Part shown: positions 9,043 to 19,138 of the stretch, one piece after another
Position numbering within the stretch: the first letter of the stretch is position 1
How the letters are laid out: the number at the start of each line of letters is the position of its first letter
DNA from: Spirochaetota bacterium
GTDB lineage: Bacteria; Spirochaetota; UBA4802; UBA5550
DNA: 64,000 nt
Direction of reading: 5' to 3'
Assembly (NCBI GenBank): GCA_050298055.1
Contig: JBNKTL010000001.1
Span: forward strand, 1 to 64,000
The notes under the pieces: generated by a model
Database searches by the model: none
The model's input: only the letters and a program-made list of their open reading frames with translations
What the model was told of the DNA's origin: nothing
Position numbers and translations under genes: made by a program

Positions 9043-10173
9043 GTGAAAAAAATATCCAGAAAAAGCTTTCTGCAAACCTGCGCTTACTCTTCTCTGGGAA
9101 TCTGTTCTGCTTCCCGGCTAAGCGGTCTTTATGGTGAGCAAAAGAACAATATCCGCCTCCATAAAGCTGATTACTGGAGAGAGGCCGGAGACGGGAAAAC
9201 CCGGTGTGAACTCTGTCCCAACGGATGCCGGGTAAAACCGGGGGAAAACGGAAAATGCCGTTCACGGGGAAACAGGGACGGAACCTATTACTCCCTTTCA
9301 TACGGAAGACCCTGTGTTATAGCCCTGGACTCCATTGAAAAATCACCCCTTTTTCACTACCGGATAGACGGCAAGGCATTCAGCGTTGCCACACCGGGAT
9401 GCAACCTCTCCTGTAAATACTGCCACAACTGGGAATACAGCCAGAGGGGCCCCCTGCAGGTGGAAAAGACATACCACCTTGAACCTGACGAGATCATCAG
9501 GCGCGCGAAAAAGCACAACGCCCCCGCCATGAACTACTTTTACACCGAGCCCACAATATACTACGAATATATGAGAGACATGGCCAAACTGGCCCGGAAG
9601 GAGGAGATGAAAAACATCTGCGTTACGGCGGGATATATTAACAGGAGACCCCACCTTGAACTTTTCCCCCTCATGGACGCCTTCGTGGTGGGACTCAAGG
9701 GATTTACCGATTCATTTTACCGTAACTATATCGGGGGCAGGTTAAAACCCGTCCTCGAGACCATCGAGAGGATGGCCGAAAACCGCGCAGGATCGTGGAT
9801 TGAGATTGTCTACCTCATTGTACCGGGGCTCAACGACAGGGGGTCAGAGCTTAAGTCAATGTCAAAGTGGGTTGTGAGAAACATCGGGAGGGACGTCCCC
9901 CTTCACTTCACCCGTTTTTATCCCGCCTACAAATTAAAGCACCTCCCCGCCACGAGTCCCGGAAAGCTGAAGAGGGCCCGGGAGATAGCCCTGGAAGAGG
10001 GGATGCATTACGTCTATATCGGGAATGTTCCCGGCAGCGAGGGGAGCCATACCTACTGTCCCAAATGCGGAGAAAAAGTCATTGAGCGGGTTGGTTTTAC
10101 AATACTGAAAAACAGGCTGAAAAAGGGGACCTGTCCCTGCGGATACAAGATCCCCGGTGTCTGGTTAAAATAG
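9043..10173 (+). CDS. amrS: AmmeMemoRadiSam system radical SAM enzyme (AmrS-like) with Tat-like N-terminus
   Basis: CNLSCKYC (CX3CX2C); N-terminal CELCPxxC; IEKxPLFH; YTEP; PLHFTRFYP; C-terminal TYCPKC..CPCG. Confidence 0.85.
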   Translation: MKKISRKSFLQTCAYSSLGICSASRLSGLYGEQKNNIRLHKADYWREAGDGKTRCELCPNGCRVKPGENGKCRSRGNRDGTYYSLSYGRPCVIALDSIEKSPLFHYRIDGKAFSVATPGCNLSCKYCHNWEYSQRGPLQVEKTYHLEPDEIIRRAKKHNAPAMNYFYTEPTIYYEYMRDMAKLARKEEMKNICVTAGYINRRPHLELFPLMDAFVVGLKGFTDSFYRNYIGGRLKPVLETIERMAENRAGSWIEIVYLIVPGLNDRGSELKSMSKWVVRNIGRDVPLHFTRFYPAYKLKHLPATSPGKLKRAREIALEEGMHYVYIGNVPGSEGSHTYCPKCGEKVIERVGFTILKNRLKKGTCPCGYKIPGVWLK

Positions 10174-10182
10174 AATATCCCA

Positions 10183-11298
10183 ATGAAAAGGCAGGCTGTT
10201 ACTTTCATCATTTTATCCCTCATCCTCTCTGGGTACCTGTGCCTCCGGGAGGAGAGAGGGTTCTCGGCAGGGAACGGACCGCACAGTTCCTACGTAAAAC
10301 AGCTCAAAGAACTCAATTACCTGGTCATGAAGACCTCGGCGGTCAATATCATCTATGGCCTGAACCTCACAAGAAAACAGGCAGGGGAATTGAGAAAATT
10401 AGCTCTTTCAATAGACGCAACAAACCCACCCCTTCCCGATATGAAAGGCGACGCAATCCCCGAGCTTGTGAAAGTAAAAAAAGTTTTTCGCGAACTGTTT
10501 AACAGGCTTTTATCCGGGAAAAAGCTTTCAGAGTCCTTTAAGAAGAAAGTCACGAGGATCAGGATCATGGAAACCGGTATCATCAGAAAATCCATCTCCG
10601 GCTCCCGGTCCTCCGGTTACAGGGGCAGGGGATGCCTGAGATGCCACGCCCCCTCCTCTTACTTTCCAAAGAAAAAAGCGCCGGAGATAAACCCGGGAAA
10701 TGTCTACCCCGGGGAGAGGGAGAGGATTGACAGGGCCCATCTTTTGGGGTTCTTCGGACAGAGAGGGGCCTATGAACTCTGGAACATGAAATCCCGGGTC
10801 TCCGAAATCCTCACAAACGCCCAGAAATATATGATGAACACCGTCAACTGCAGCCTGATACCGCCGGACCACCTGGCAAACCCCACACGGGTGGGGCAGG
10901 CAATACTGAGCGGAGACTGGTACAAGTACTTTAAAGAGATAAGAAATATCAAAGAGGAGAAATGGAAGACCTACAGGAAGCTCTATTTTCATATCCCCTT
11001 CGGCGATTTTATCCGGGCCATATCACCGGGGATATCAAAAGAGAAAAAAAGGAACGCCATTAAGAGAATGGGCGCCGTCATTGAACATGTCCGCAGTCTT
11101 GATGACATCGACTACCAGTTAAAGAAGGAAAAACTGGTTTCAGACCTCACCGCGGAGCTGGACAGAATCCAGGGAGGTCTCTCAAAGAACAGTTCACAGA
11201 CCGACCTCAACCGATACCGCGTGGCCATGTTCCTCCTCTTCCCGAAAAACCGTGTTATCTATGATGAACTGATAAAGAGGATAGACGCTGATCGTTAG
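10183..11298 (+). CDS. Exported hypothetical protein with a single CxxCH motif
   Basis: N-terminal signal-like segment; GCLRCHAP; starts 9 nt after amrS. Confidence 0.7.
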   Translation: MKRQAVTFIILSLILSGYLCLREERGFSAGNGPHSSYVKQLKELNYLVMKTSAVNIIYGLNLTRKQAGELRKLALSIDATNPPLPDMKGDAIPELVKVKKVFRELFNRLLSGKKLSESFKKKVTRIRIMETGIIRKSISGSRSSGYRGRGCLRCHAPSSYFPKKKAPEINPGNVYPGERERIDRAHLLGFFGQRGAYELWNMKSRVSEILTNAQKYMMNTVNCSLIPPDHLANPTRVGQAILSGDWYKYFKEIRNIKEEKWKTYRKLYFHIPFGDFIRAISPGISKEKKRNAIKRMGAVIEHVRSLDDIDYQLKKEKLVSDLTAELDRIQGGLSKNSSQTDLNRYRVAMFLLFPKNRVIYDELIKRIDADR

Positions 11299-11350
11299 CT
11301 GATCATTAGACGGGCGTCTAAGCTTATCCGAAAACAAGAGGGAGGCTGAT

Positions 11351-12265
11351 ATGAAAAAATTCCTGGTTCAGATACTTATCCTGGGGCTCATACCCGGGTG
11401 TCTTTCCCTGATCATCCCGGGGAAGTGTGTGAAAGGAGACTGCAAAAACGGGACGGGGACATACCAGTATGACAACGGCAACAGGTATGTGGGGAAATTT
11501 AAAGGCTACTCACTTAACGGTAAGGGCGTCTTTTACTTTAAAACAGGCCCCTATAAGGGGGGCAGATATGTGGGGATGTGGGTAAGCAACAAGATGGAGG
11601 GAAAGGGGACATTTTATTATCCCAATGGAGATAAATATACCGGGATGTTCCGGGATTCAAAGCTCAATGGGATGGGCATTTTCTTTTTTGGTTCGGGAAA
11701 GTATAAAGGAGGCTGGTGTGACGGAATCTGGAAAAACAACATGATGAACGGAAGGGGATCATTCATTTATGGTAATGGTGACAGGTATGAAGGGATGTTT
11801 CGGAATTCAAAATTCAATGGTATGGGAACATTCATTTACGGCTCGGGAAAATACAAAGGAAGCCGGTATGAAGGTGAGTTTGATGACAACATGATGGACG
11901 GCAGGGGGACCTTCTTCTACGCCAATGGGAACAAATATACCGGCCAGTGGAAAGAGAACAAAAAGCAGGGCAAGGGTGTGTTTTTCTATAACGAGGGAGA
12001 ATTCAAAGGAAGCAGGTACCAGGGCGAATTCAGGGATAATAAGATAAGCGGAACGGGGACCTTTTACTCTGCCAACGGCGACAGGTATGAAGGGGAATTC
12101 AAGAACAATACCTTTAACGGTCAGGGGACCCTGCATTACAAAAACGGGAACAGCTACAGGGGCGGATTCAAAGACGGGAAATTTCACGGGAAAGGGACTT
12201 TTGTTTACTCCTACGGCAGGGAGATATCCGGCCAGTGGAAAGAGGGTGAGTATCTTGAGGAATAA
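11351..12265 (+). CDS. MORN-repeat exported protein / lipoprotein
   Basis: About eleven YxGxFxxxxxxGxGxF repeats; LIPGC; CxxGDCxNG; GAGGGAGG RBS. Confidence 0.9.
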   Translation: MKKFLVQILILGLIPGCLSLIIPGKCVKGDCKNGTGTYQYDNGNRYVGKFKGYSLNGKGVFYFKTGPYKGGRYVGMWVSNKMEGKGTFYYPNGDKYTGMFRDSKLNGMGIFFFGSGKYKGGWCDGIWKNNMMNGRGSFIYGNGDRYEGMFRNSKFNGMGTFIYGSGKYKGSRYEGEFDDNMMDGRGTFFYANGNKYTGQWKENKKQGKGVFFYNEGEFKGSRYQGEFRDNKISGTGTFYSANGDRYEGEFKNNTFNGQGTLHYKNGNSYRGGFKDGKFHGKGTFVYSYGREISGQWKEGEYLEE

Positions 12266-12272
12266 GTGAGAA

Positions 12273-14885
12273 TTACTTGATAACACCCAGAAGATCATCA
12301 TCTAAAATTCCGGACATATCAAAATCCCTCTTGGTGACAATATACTCGGATTTTTTAATAAAACCCACGGTCCCTGTCCCCTTTCTTGCCACCGATGTAA
12401 GTATCCTTGAGACTGTACTGAAATTGTCAAGATATGCGGAGTTTTTTCTCTCCTCATAAACCGCTGCCGCAACAGGGATCTGGCCGATATCCTCACCTTC
12501 ATGGTCAACCTGAATGCTGATGATGTTCTTTACAACCTGCCCCAGAATGTCAACAGCCCCTGTCAATGTTACTTCATGGATAAAACCCACCAGCTCGGCG
12601 CCTGAATACCTGATGATGATATTATCCTTATGCGTGCCGGGAGCATTGACTTTATCATAAAATGCCCGGGCAACGGAGAAAACAATTTTATCACCCGTAT
12701 CATGGCTGTACCTGTCATTAAAATTCACCAGGCTGAAGATCTCGCATATAAAAATAAATCTTTTCAACTCGCCGGTGTATCTGCCTTTTTTATCATAGGA
12801 CCTCTGCAAAATAACATCATCAAGATAATTTTTTCTTTTCAACCCGGTTAATGTATCAGTATAGAGGCTCTCCGCAACATTTTCTTCCCGGTCAATGTCA
12901 CTATCAACCCCTATCTCCCCCTCACCCGCAAGCTCTTCCTCTCCCATTGCAGCAGCCATTTTTTCATCTTTCAGTGTTTCCTCAAGCTTCTCCTTTTCCG
13001 TGAGAATTGCCGTTATACCCGGATGCTGGACTTCCCGTGCTATATGGAATGCAAAGGAACATGCCGATTCCATGAAGGTCTTCAAAGAAATACTCTCCTT
13101 TTTAAAGAGAACCGGTGACTTGTTCTGCCTGCTCCTCTGCAGCTGCGCGTCAATATAAAAATTATAGTTATTCATTATCTTATCATCAACGATCTCCTTG
13201 TTCCTGTAATAGTTAATGATTATTTCGTTCAGGGCATTTGCTATGCTGTAGCTTTGGTTCCCGATATCCAGCAGGACCTTGCGTACAAAGTTAAGTCCCG
13301 ATATTTTCGGTTTCTCCGTTTCCACAACGGTTTTTATAAAACGCTCACTGTCATTTCCCGTCACAAGAGACTGGCTGGTAAAATCCCTGAGCTTTGAACC
13401 CACAAGTTCAAATCCATCCATGGTGTATTTTGCTGTCAGTTTTGTTAATGATTCCCTCTGAGAGAAATAGTTCAGAAATTCATTTTTATCATAGTGGAGC
13501 TTAAAAGCGGGGACATCGTTGATACTCTCGATAAAATACTTTATAAACCCCTCCACTAGCCTTTTAATTTTAAGCAGGGGGTTTTTTTTATGCTCCTCAA
13601 TCCACATTTTATACCTGTTCTTGGCATCGCTTTGTAAAATCATATCTTCAAACTTCCGGCCGTTATCCAGGTATTGTTTAACAATTTTACCCAGAGATTT
13701 AAACCTGACTTCTCTGTACTTTTTCTCCGATTCTTTTTTGCTTCTTACCTCTTTTTCAATTTTTTCCGCTTTTGGTGTTAAGATTTTTTGACCCGATTCT
13801 ATGGTCCCGTCAGTATCGGCAAGATACATTAACTGGTTGAGGGTTGTAACAACAGCGCCGTACCGTGAAGTATAATAGGAGAGGAGCATTCCAAGAATAC
13901 TCTCTGTCATCCTGCTTTGCGGGTTCCACTTAACAGACCTGTTATTGATAATCGGTTCATCAAGAAGACTTTTAAGATCTCCCCAGAGACCGTGTGTCTT
14001 CTCGATTTTCCGCATAATTTTTTTTATTGCCGCTTCAATCACTTCGGAGTTCTTTATGACAGCGATATAGATCGCAGCAAACTCATTCATGATTTCTGAT
14101 ATGCGCCCGGGATCATAGGAGAGTTCCTGTTTCACCTTAATGATCTTATTCACAACCGGCCTGAGGCTTAAGAGCTTTTGAATCGCGTTATACTCAAGAT
14201 TGCTCAGGATATAGTACTTGCTGTCCATAATTTCACTTACTGAGGTTTCAACATTACCCAGCCAGTTATTAATATTGATTCGTATAAGAGAAAGGTTTTT
14301 GTCTAAAAATCTGTGGGAAAGGAGGGTGATGCTCCCGTAATCCAGGGAAAATTTCGTCAGGTGAAACCAGCTGCAAAAGGATTTTTTTGAATCCACAAGC
14401 TGTTTTATTTCTTTCTCACTTTTCTTTCTTTCTGATGAGAGTTCCTTCTCCCTGGCGCATCTTTTCCTGATTTTATGGACAAGGTCCTCCGCCATTCTCT
14501 TCTTGGCAAGGGGGTCAAATCCGGATCCTGTAATTATTGTTAATTCCTTTCTTTCCGAATCACGAAGAGTGATGTTGTTGCTCTCCATGTATTTCAGCAA
14601 ATTGTCAATGAGCTGTTTCAGTTCAACAAGAGCGATTCTCTCCGTCCTGCTCTTCTGAGATTTCTGTAACGTTTCAAGAAGGCGGTTAAATTTTTCCGTA
14701 CTTTCCCTGTGGTCCTGTGAGAAGACTTCAAGGCCGCCGATCTCTTTATCAAGCCTTTTCTGGTACTTCTCTTTTATTTCCCGTTTTTTATCGTCCATCT
14801 CTTTTGCCGATCCGGCATGCCATTTAAAGTGTTGATCCCTGTGAGAGATAAATAAATTGGCAATAGCCTCTTTTCCCTGAACCAC
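12273..14885 (-). CDS. Large helical protein with C-terminal degenerate GGDEF domain
   Basis: DTLTGL, FNDRYSHDTGD, IRYSGAEL; start may be ATG 14798. Confidence 0.75.
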   Translation of the reverse strand: MVQGKEAIANLFISHRDQHFKWHAGSAKEMDDKKREIKEKYQKRLDKEIGGLEVFSQDHRESTEKFNRLLETLQKSQKSRTERIALVELKQLIDNLLKYMESNNITLRDSERKELTIITGSGFDPLAKKRMAEDLVHKIRKRCAREKELSSERKKSEKEIKQLVDSKKSFCSWFHLTKFSLDYGSITLLSHRFLDKNLSLIRININNWLGNVETSVSEIMDSKYYILSNLEYNAIQKLLSLRPVVNKIIKVKQELSYDPGRISEIMNEFAAIYIAVIKNSEVIEAAIKKIMRKIEKTHGLWGDLKSLLDEPIINNRSVKWNPQSRMTESILGMLLSYYTSRYGAVVTTLNQLMYLADTDGTIESGQKILTPKAEKIEKEVRSKKESEKKYREVRFKSLGKIVKQYLDNGRKFEDMILQSDAKNRYKMWIEEHKKNPLLKIKRLVEGFIKYFIESINDVPAFKLHYDKNEFLNYFSQRESLTKLTAKYTMDGFELVGSKLRDFTSQSLVTGNDSERFIKTVVETEKPKISGLNFVRKVLLDIGNQSYSIANALNEIIINYYRNKEIVDDKIMNNYNFYIDAQLQRSRQNKSPVLFKKESISLKTFMESACSFAFHIAREVQHPGITAILTEKEKLEETLKDEKMAAAMGEEELAGEGEIGVDSDIDREENVAESLYTDTLTGLKRKNYLDDVILQRSYDKKGRYTGELKRFIFICEIFSLVNFNDRYSHDTGDKIVFSVARAFYDKVNAPGTHKDNIIIRYSGAELVGFIHEVTLTGAVDILGQVVKNIISIQVDHEGEDIGQIPVAAAVYEERKNSAYLDNFSTVSRILTSVARKGTGTVGFIKKSEYIVTKRDFDMSGILDDDLLGVIK

Positions 14886-14963
14886 TCAGCTTCGCATAAA
14901 AATCCCTTTAAGAAAAGTAAATTTTGCTCATTTTAAAAAATTTGTCTGCCTCTTCCCAATCCA

Positions 14964-15008
14964 CAAAAGAAAAGGGCTGCCGCGGATTCACTCCCCGATA
15001 ACCCCTTT
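14964..15008 (-). terminator. Probable intrinsic terminator after the 107-aa gene
   Basis: Imperfect GC stem followed by TTTTCTTTT on the minus strand. Confidence 0.45.
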
Positions 15009-15068
15009 TGCAAAAGCGGTTTTTCCGATAATGTCATTCAGGAAAAACTCTGATCACTGTTAAAATAA

Positions 15069-15392
15069 TTACACCGCCTTAAATTTTTTCGGATGGGCCT
15101 CCTCTTCATAGAAAAAGGGCTCACCCATCTCCTCAAATGAAAACATTTTGAAAGCCCGGGTCCCGTCATAGTCGAGAATTCTCAGGTCATCGGTCTCGTG
15201 CAGGTCCTGTACAACAATATCATAGTGTTTCCCATACCTTTTTCTGGCCTCATCCACTGAGACCTCGTATGCTATGAACTTATCAATACCTTTTGTCTTA
15301 TACTTTTCTATGAGTTCTTTATCCATAAATGACTTATGTGATGTTAAATAGAGAAGTGCCCCATTACCGGTGATGATTAATCCAGCCTTCAT
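15069..15392 (-). CDS. Conserved hypothetical cytosolic protein
   Basis: AGGAGG RBS; KGIDKFIAYEV..RYG..DLRILD pattern. Confidence 0.75.
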   Translation of the reverse strand: MKAGLIITGNGALLYLTSHKSFMDKELIEKYKTKGIDKFIAYEVSVDEARKRYGKHYDIVVQDLHETDDLRILDYDGTRAFKMFSFEEMGEPFFYEEEAHPKKFKAV

Positions 15393-15499
15393 AACAGACC
15401 TCCTTTAAGTTCGGGAAATATTGATCTATCTCCTGTTATATCAAGTACAGGATTAATATACGGTCTTTGTTAAACGGAGTCAAAAAATAGTGGAATGTA

Positions 15500-15585
15500 T
15501 AAGAATAATCATATTCATGAAAAAACACAACTGATATGTCCCCGCCGCCTTCGGCGGCGGGGACATATTGTTGATATTTTCAAAA
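15500..15585. repeat. Dispersed palindromic element, copy B
   Basis: Perfect 16-bp stem 15534-15568; flanks match the reverse complement of copy C. Confidence 0.88.
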
Positions 15586-15591
15586 GAACTA

Positions 15592-16137
15592 TCAGTAAAA
15601 CCTGACTTCCCTGTCAGAAATAAAAAGTTTTTTTATCCCGCTCTCCCCGGAACCGGAGATTGCAACTTCAACCGAAACGTCCCTGATCTTTTTCTCTATC
15701 TCCTTCCCTTCGTACTGGGGAACGAAGTACTCCTCAACACCATACTTGATCCTGTACCGGTAGAGGCTCGTCACCTCCCCCCTGATCACAGCTTCATATT
15801 TATTTTTCAGTTTCCCGGGATCATGGGAGACCTCCGCGGCATCCCAGAACAGGGAATCGTTCTCTTTAACGAGGCCCACATAGATGGTTTCATTTTTTTT
15901 AAACCTTTCGCCTCCCCTGTTCAGGGACTCAAATTTCTCGCTGCTGAATGACGATATGGTATAATTGAGTATAACATAATCACCGCTGAAAAGGCTCCGG
16001 GGATCAACGGGAACACACCTGAGCCGCACAACTTTACCGGTCTCCAGGAGCTCAACCCTCTTGTAGATCATAAACGAGAGCACAAGAAGCTGCAGGAGGA
16101 CAACCAGGATAAATCCCTTCTTCTGAAAAGAGGTCAT
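15592..16137 (-). CDS. GDYXXLXY domain membrane-anchored protein
   Basis: PVDPRSLFSGDYVILNY; YGVEEYFVP; ATGA overlap with the DUF2157 gene. Confidence 0.92.
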   Translation of the reverse strand: MTSFQKKGFILVVLLQLLVLSFMIYKRVELLETGKVVRLRCVPVDPRSLFSGDYVILNYTISSFSSEKFESLNRGGERFKKNETIYVGLVKENDSLFWDAAEVSHDPGKLKNKYEAVIRGEVTSLYRYRIKYGVEEYFVPQYEGKEIEKKIRDVSVEVAISGSGESGIKKLFISDREVRFY

Positions 16138-18020
16138 TCCGCTTTCCCTCCCGCGTGTTTCTCAATCTCCGCGATTATCTTCTTTCTGCTCTTCTCCAGA
16201 ACAAAACCGGCAGCAAGAAGAACAAGCCCCGTTACAATGATAAAGAGTGATCCCGAGAGGAGGTCCCAGAAAACGTCGAAGTACCGGGTGAGTATATGTA
16301 TGATGAACCCGGCAATGGCAATGTTCGCCAGCAGGGTGGAGTTGATATGCAGGGCATAGTAGATAAGCGCCCCTGTCATAACAAAGAGAAGGATATTAAA
16401 GATAATTGTATGGATGTCCCTGTTCAGCCACGGCCCCGAAACAAGGAGCACCGCCACGGACGTAAAGAACACCGAGGCCGAGATATAAACGGGAACCTTT
16501 TCATCGGACCGGGTGAAGAGATAAACATAAAGCCCCACGGCAATCGCGATAAAGAGGACAACCATGACTATGACGATAAAGTCCGCCTTAAAAATGGAGA
16601 GCTGGTCCCGCCCAAGCTTGAATGAGAGAAAGTAGAGCACCCAGTATCCCATGAAAGCGGTAATCCCGTTTATCACATTCCTGTTATAAGGGATCTTCTT
16701 CCGCTTCATGAGGTAATGGACCAGCTGGTTTACCAGGAAGATAACAGTGAGATATATCACCGAGGAAATACCGTAAGCCACGGCATAATCTCTCTTCATC
16801 GCCCCCATAACAAGGAGCCCCATGCCCTTCACGGCAGCCATGAGAGCGGTGAAGACAAAGGCCGCCACATTTTCAAGACGGATGCTTCCCGGAAGAAAGT
16901 TGTTATAGAGAATAATAAAGATAAGAAAAACAAGAACAAGGTGGACCGCAACCATCAGGACCGTCCCGTTTCCCAGGGGCAGGACCAGGAAAAGAGCAGT
17001 GATTCCCAGGACAGACAGGTGCAGATAGGTGTTCTCTTCTCGACGGAGATACCTGAAGAAGAGGAAGGCCCCTGCAAGGAGAAAAAGAATATAGAGAAGA
17101 CTTATTTTATAAATATAAAAACCGAGGATGGGGAAAAGCCCCTCCATTTCAACATTTGCGTTAATGGCCGCAAAGGGTACGGCCAGAAGGAGCAGGGATA
17201 TGACGGAGTTGACCTTCATGGCAGGGGCAAGGACCCGGTTTGAAGCAAGGACCCTGGTCAGGACAAGGAGAACCCCGCCAAAGGCAAACACAATAAGGAT
17301 AAATGTGACCAGTGTAAGATCGGACTCCGCTCCCATGAGCCAGTACCCCGCTGCCTGGAAAAAGCAGAAGTACGTGAAAAGAGTCGCCGCCACAAGCCCC
17401 TTTCTCTCTTCGATCTCATAGAGGAAGAAGATAAGGAGCCCGGTAAAAACTATCAGCAAATAGTTGGGATTTTCGTATACCGAGACCTCCCAGAAGTTCC
17501 AGATAAAGACCAGGAGCAGGGCAAGATAGTAACCGAACCTCTCCTTCATGATCCGTGACATGGCCATGACCCCTATGGCCCATGTGAGGACCCCGTTGGT
17601 GGGATGTGAGCTGATATGAAAGATCTGCGCCACCAGCATGATCCCCGCCCCGAAGAGGACCATCCCCAGGACCAGCATCCCCCGCCCCATGAGGAGGCTC
17701 TTTCCCGCTGAGAGAAAATAATACGCGAGGCCGTTCACAAGGATGATCATGAAAAACACATGCCCCAGCTTCACCCAGGGATGCATGGCCTTCCAGTTGG
17801 CGGCATAGAAAAGTATTATCCCGAGCCCCAGAAGGGTCACCGCGAAACCGATAAGAATTGAGGGGATCCTCCTTGATACCGCGTGTGTATCGGTCACGTC
17901 TCCTCCGGCCCCGCCGTAGAGTCCGGAGATCTTCTCCGCCGTGCTGTCGTCAATGATCCCCAGGTCTCTCCATCGCCGGATCTCACTTTTCAGTTTTTTT
18001 ATGAACGGTTTGTTTCTCAT
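16134..18020 (-). CDS. DUF2157 polytopic membrane protein
   Basis: LGLGIILFYAANW, GAGIMLVAQIFHI, LLSGSLF; many TM helices; usual GDYXXLXY partner. Confidence 0.88.
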   Translation of the reverse strand: MRNKPFIKKLKSEIRRWRDLGIIDDSTAEKISGLYGGAGGDVTDTHAVSRRIPSILIGFAVTLLGLGIILFYAANWKAMHPWVKLGHVFFMIILVNGLAYYFLSAGKSLLMGRGMLVLGMVLFGAGIMLVAQIFHISSHPTNGVLTWAIGVMAMSRIMKERFGYYLALLLVFIWNFWEVSVYENPNYLLIVFTGLLIFFLYEIEERKGLVAATLFTYFCFFQAAGYWLMGAESDLTLVTFILIVFAFGGVLLVLTRVLASNRVLAPAMKVNSVISLLLLAVPFAAINANVEMEGLFPILGFYIYKISLLYILFLLAGAFLFFRYLRREENTYLHLSVLGITALFLVLPLGNGTVLMVAVHLVLVFLIFIILYNNFLPGSIRLENVAAFVFTALMAAVKGMGLLVMGAMKRDYAVAYGISSVIYLTVIFLVNQLVHYLMKRKKIPYNRNVINGITAFMGYWVLYFLSFKLGRDQLSIFKADFIVIVMVVLFIAIAVGLYVYLFTRSDEKVPVYISASVFFTSVAVLLVSGPWLNRDIHTIIFNILLFVMTGALIYYALHINSTLLANIAIAGFIIHILTRYFDVFWDLLSGSLFIIVTGLVLLAAGFVLEKSRKKIIAEIEKHAGGKAE

Positions 18021-18225
18021 GATATCATTCAGGCATGTACTGATTTAACATACAGTATTAAATTGATCAAGTTTATTATTTCAGGGGACTTCAATAAATT
18101 TGCCTGTATTCAAATCTGAAGTGTACCGTATAATAAATGTCAAGCAATGAGTAGTAATATTATCCGGCTTTCAGATTCACACCGTAACAAGTTTTAATAG
18201 GGATTATCAGTGGTTATTAATTGAA

Positions 18226-18258
18226 CCTGCAGTTATGTTTGCGGACCATAACTGCAGG
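18226..18258. terminator. 12-bp inverted repeat downstream of the lipoprotein gene
   Basis: cctgcagttatg-N9-cataactgcagg. Confidence 0.5.
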
Positions 18259-18374
18259 GTATTACTAAAAACCAAATTTAATATCAAGTCTCTCATATCC
18301 CTTTAATGAGGATTCTGGTTCAGTAACATAAAAATTGAAGCGCTGCTACTGAAACCGGAGAAAGAGAAATTTTA

Positions 18375-18824
18375 TTATTTGGCAGCAGTTACTGTAAGAG
18401 TATATGTCACACCATCAACATCATCGTTATATATTGCAAAATAGTATGTATTTGCAGTTTGCCCTAATATTGTGTAAGACTCACCTGTTGTTGAAGTTCC
18501 AATATTATTAATAATATTGTCTGGAACATTAAATGTAGAATCTGTGCCATAGTAGTCTATTTCAAGATTCTGCGCTACTGATAAACTGGTTATTGAGATA
18601 GTTACATCAGCTGTTCCTGACAATGTATACTTATAGTAACTTTCGTAAGGTTCAATATAACCATGTACAGAACCTGAATGAGGATCTCCCACTGTCAATA
18701 CAACAGGGCTCGTTTTTGATCCTTCGTTGGAAATCCCACCGGAACTATCGTCACTTGAAAAACATCCAGCTAAAAGGAATAATGAAAAGAGAAACACGTA
18801 AATTAAAGAATAATTTTTTTTCAT
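18375..18824 (-). CDS. Small AT-rich lipoprotein with PPC-like beta-sandwich
   Basis: Lipobox LLAGC; TYYFAI..YTLTV; ATG 18824 with GAGGTG RBS. Confidence 0.75.
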   Translation of the reverse strand: MKKNYSLIYVFLFSLFLLAGCFSSDDSSGGISNEGSKTSPVVLTVGDPHSGSVHGYIEPYESYYKYTLSGTADVTISITSLSVAQNLEIDYYGTDSTFNVPDNIINNIGTSTTGESYTILGQTANTYYFAIYNDDVDGVTYTLTVTAAK

Positions 18825-19138
18825 AGAAAACACCTCTCACATTATTTTACTACAACTCCATTATTTGTGTTTTTACAAACCATATGAAGATCCCGCCTCC
18901 ATTATTTCATGGCTGTGCAAATACTCTTATGGATGATGTAATGAATTACCCTTATTATGATTTTTAAACATATAAAGTCAATAAAAATTTTCAATTGACT
19001 TCACAATATAAAACGATACTATTTGATGAACGTTTCTCACAGCAGTTCTCTTAATTATATTCTATTTTTTCTTGAAAAATATATTCCCTTATTCAGAATG
19101 CCGGTTATTATTTATGATAAATACGACAGAGGACCCCC

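Noticed and set aside
18850..18930. c-di-GMP-I riboswitch-like fragment upstream of the lipoprotein gene (minus strand)
   Set aside because: Only a GAAA-like hairpin; the conserved GCAAA junction and P1/P3 pairing are not evident
18840..19138. T-box leader for alaS
   Set aside because: No T-box antiterminator consensus or terminator seen
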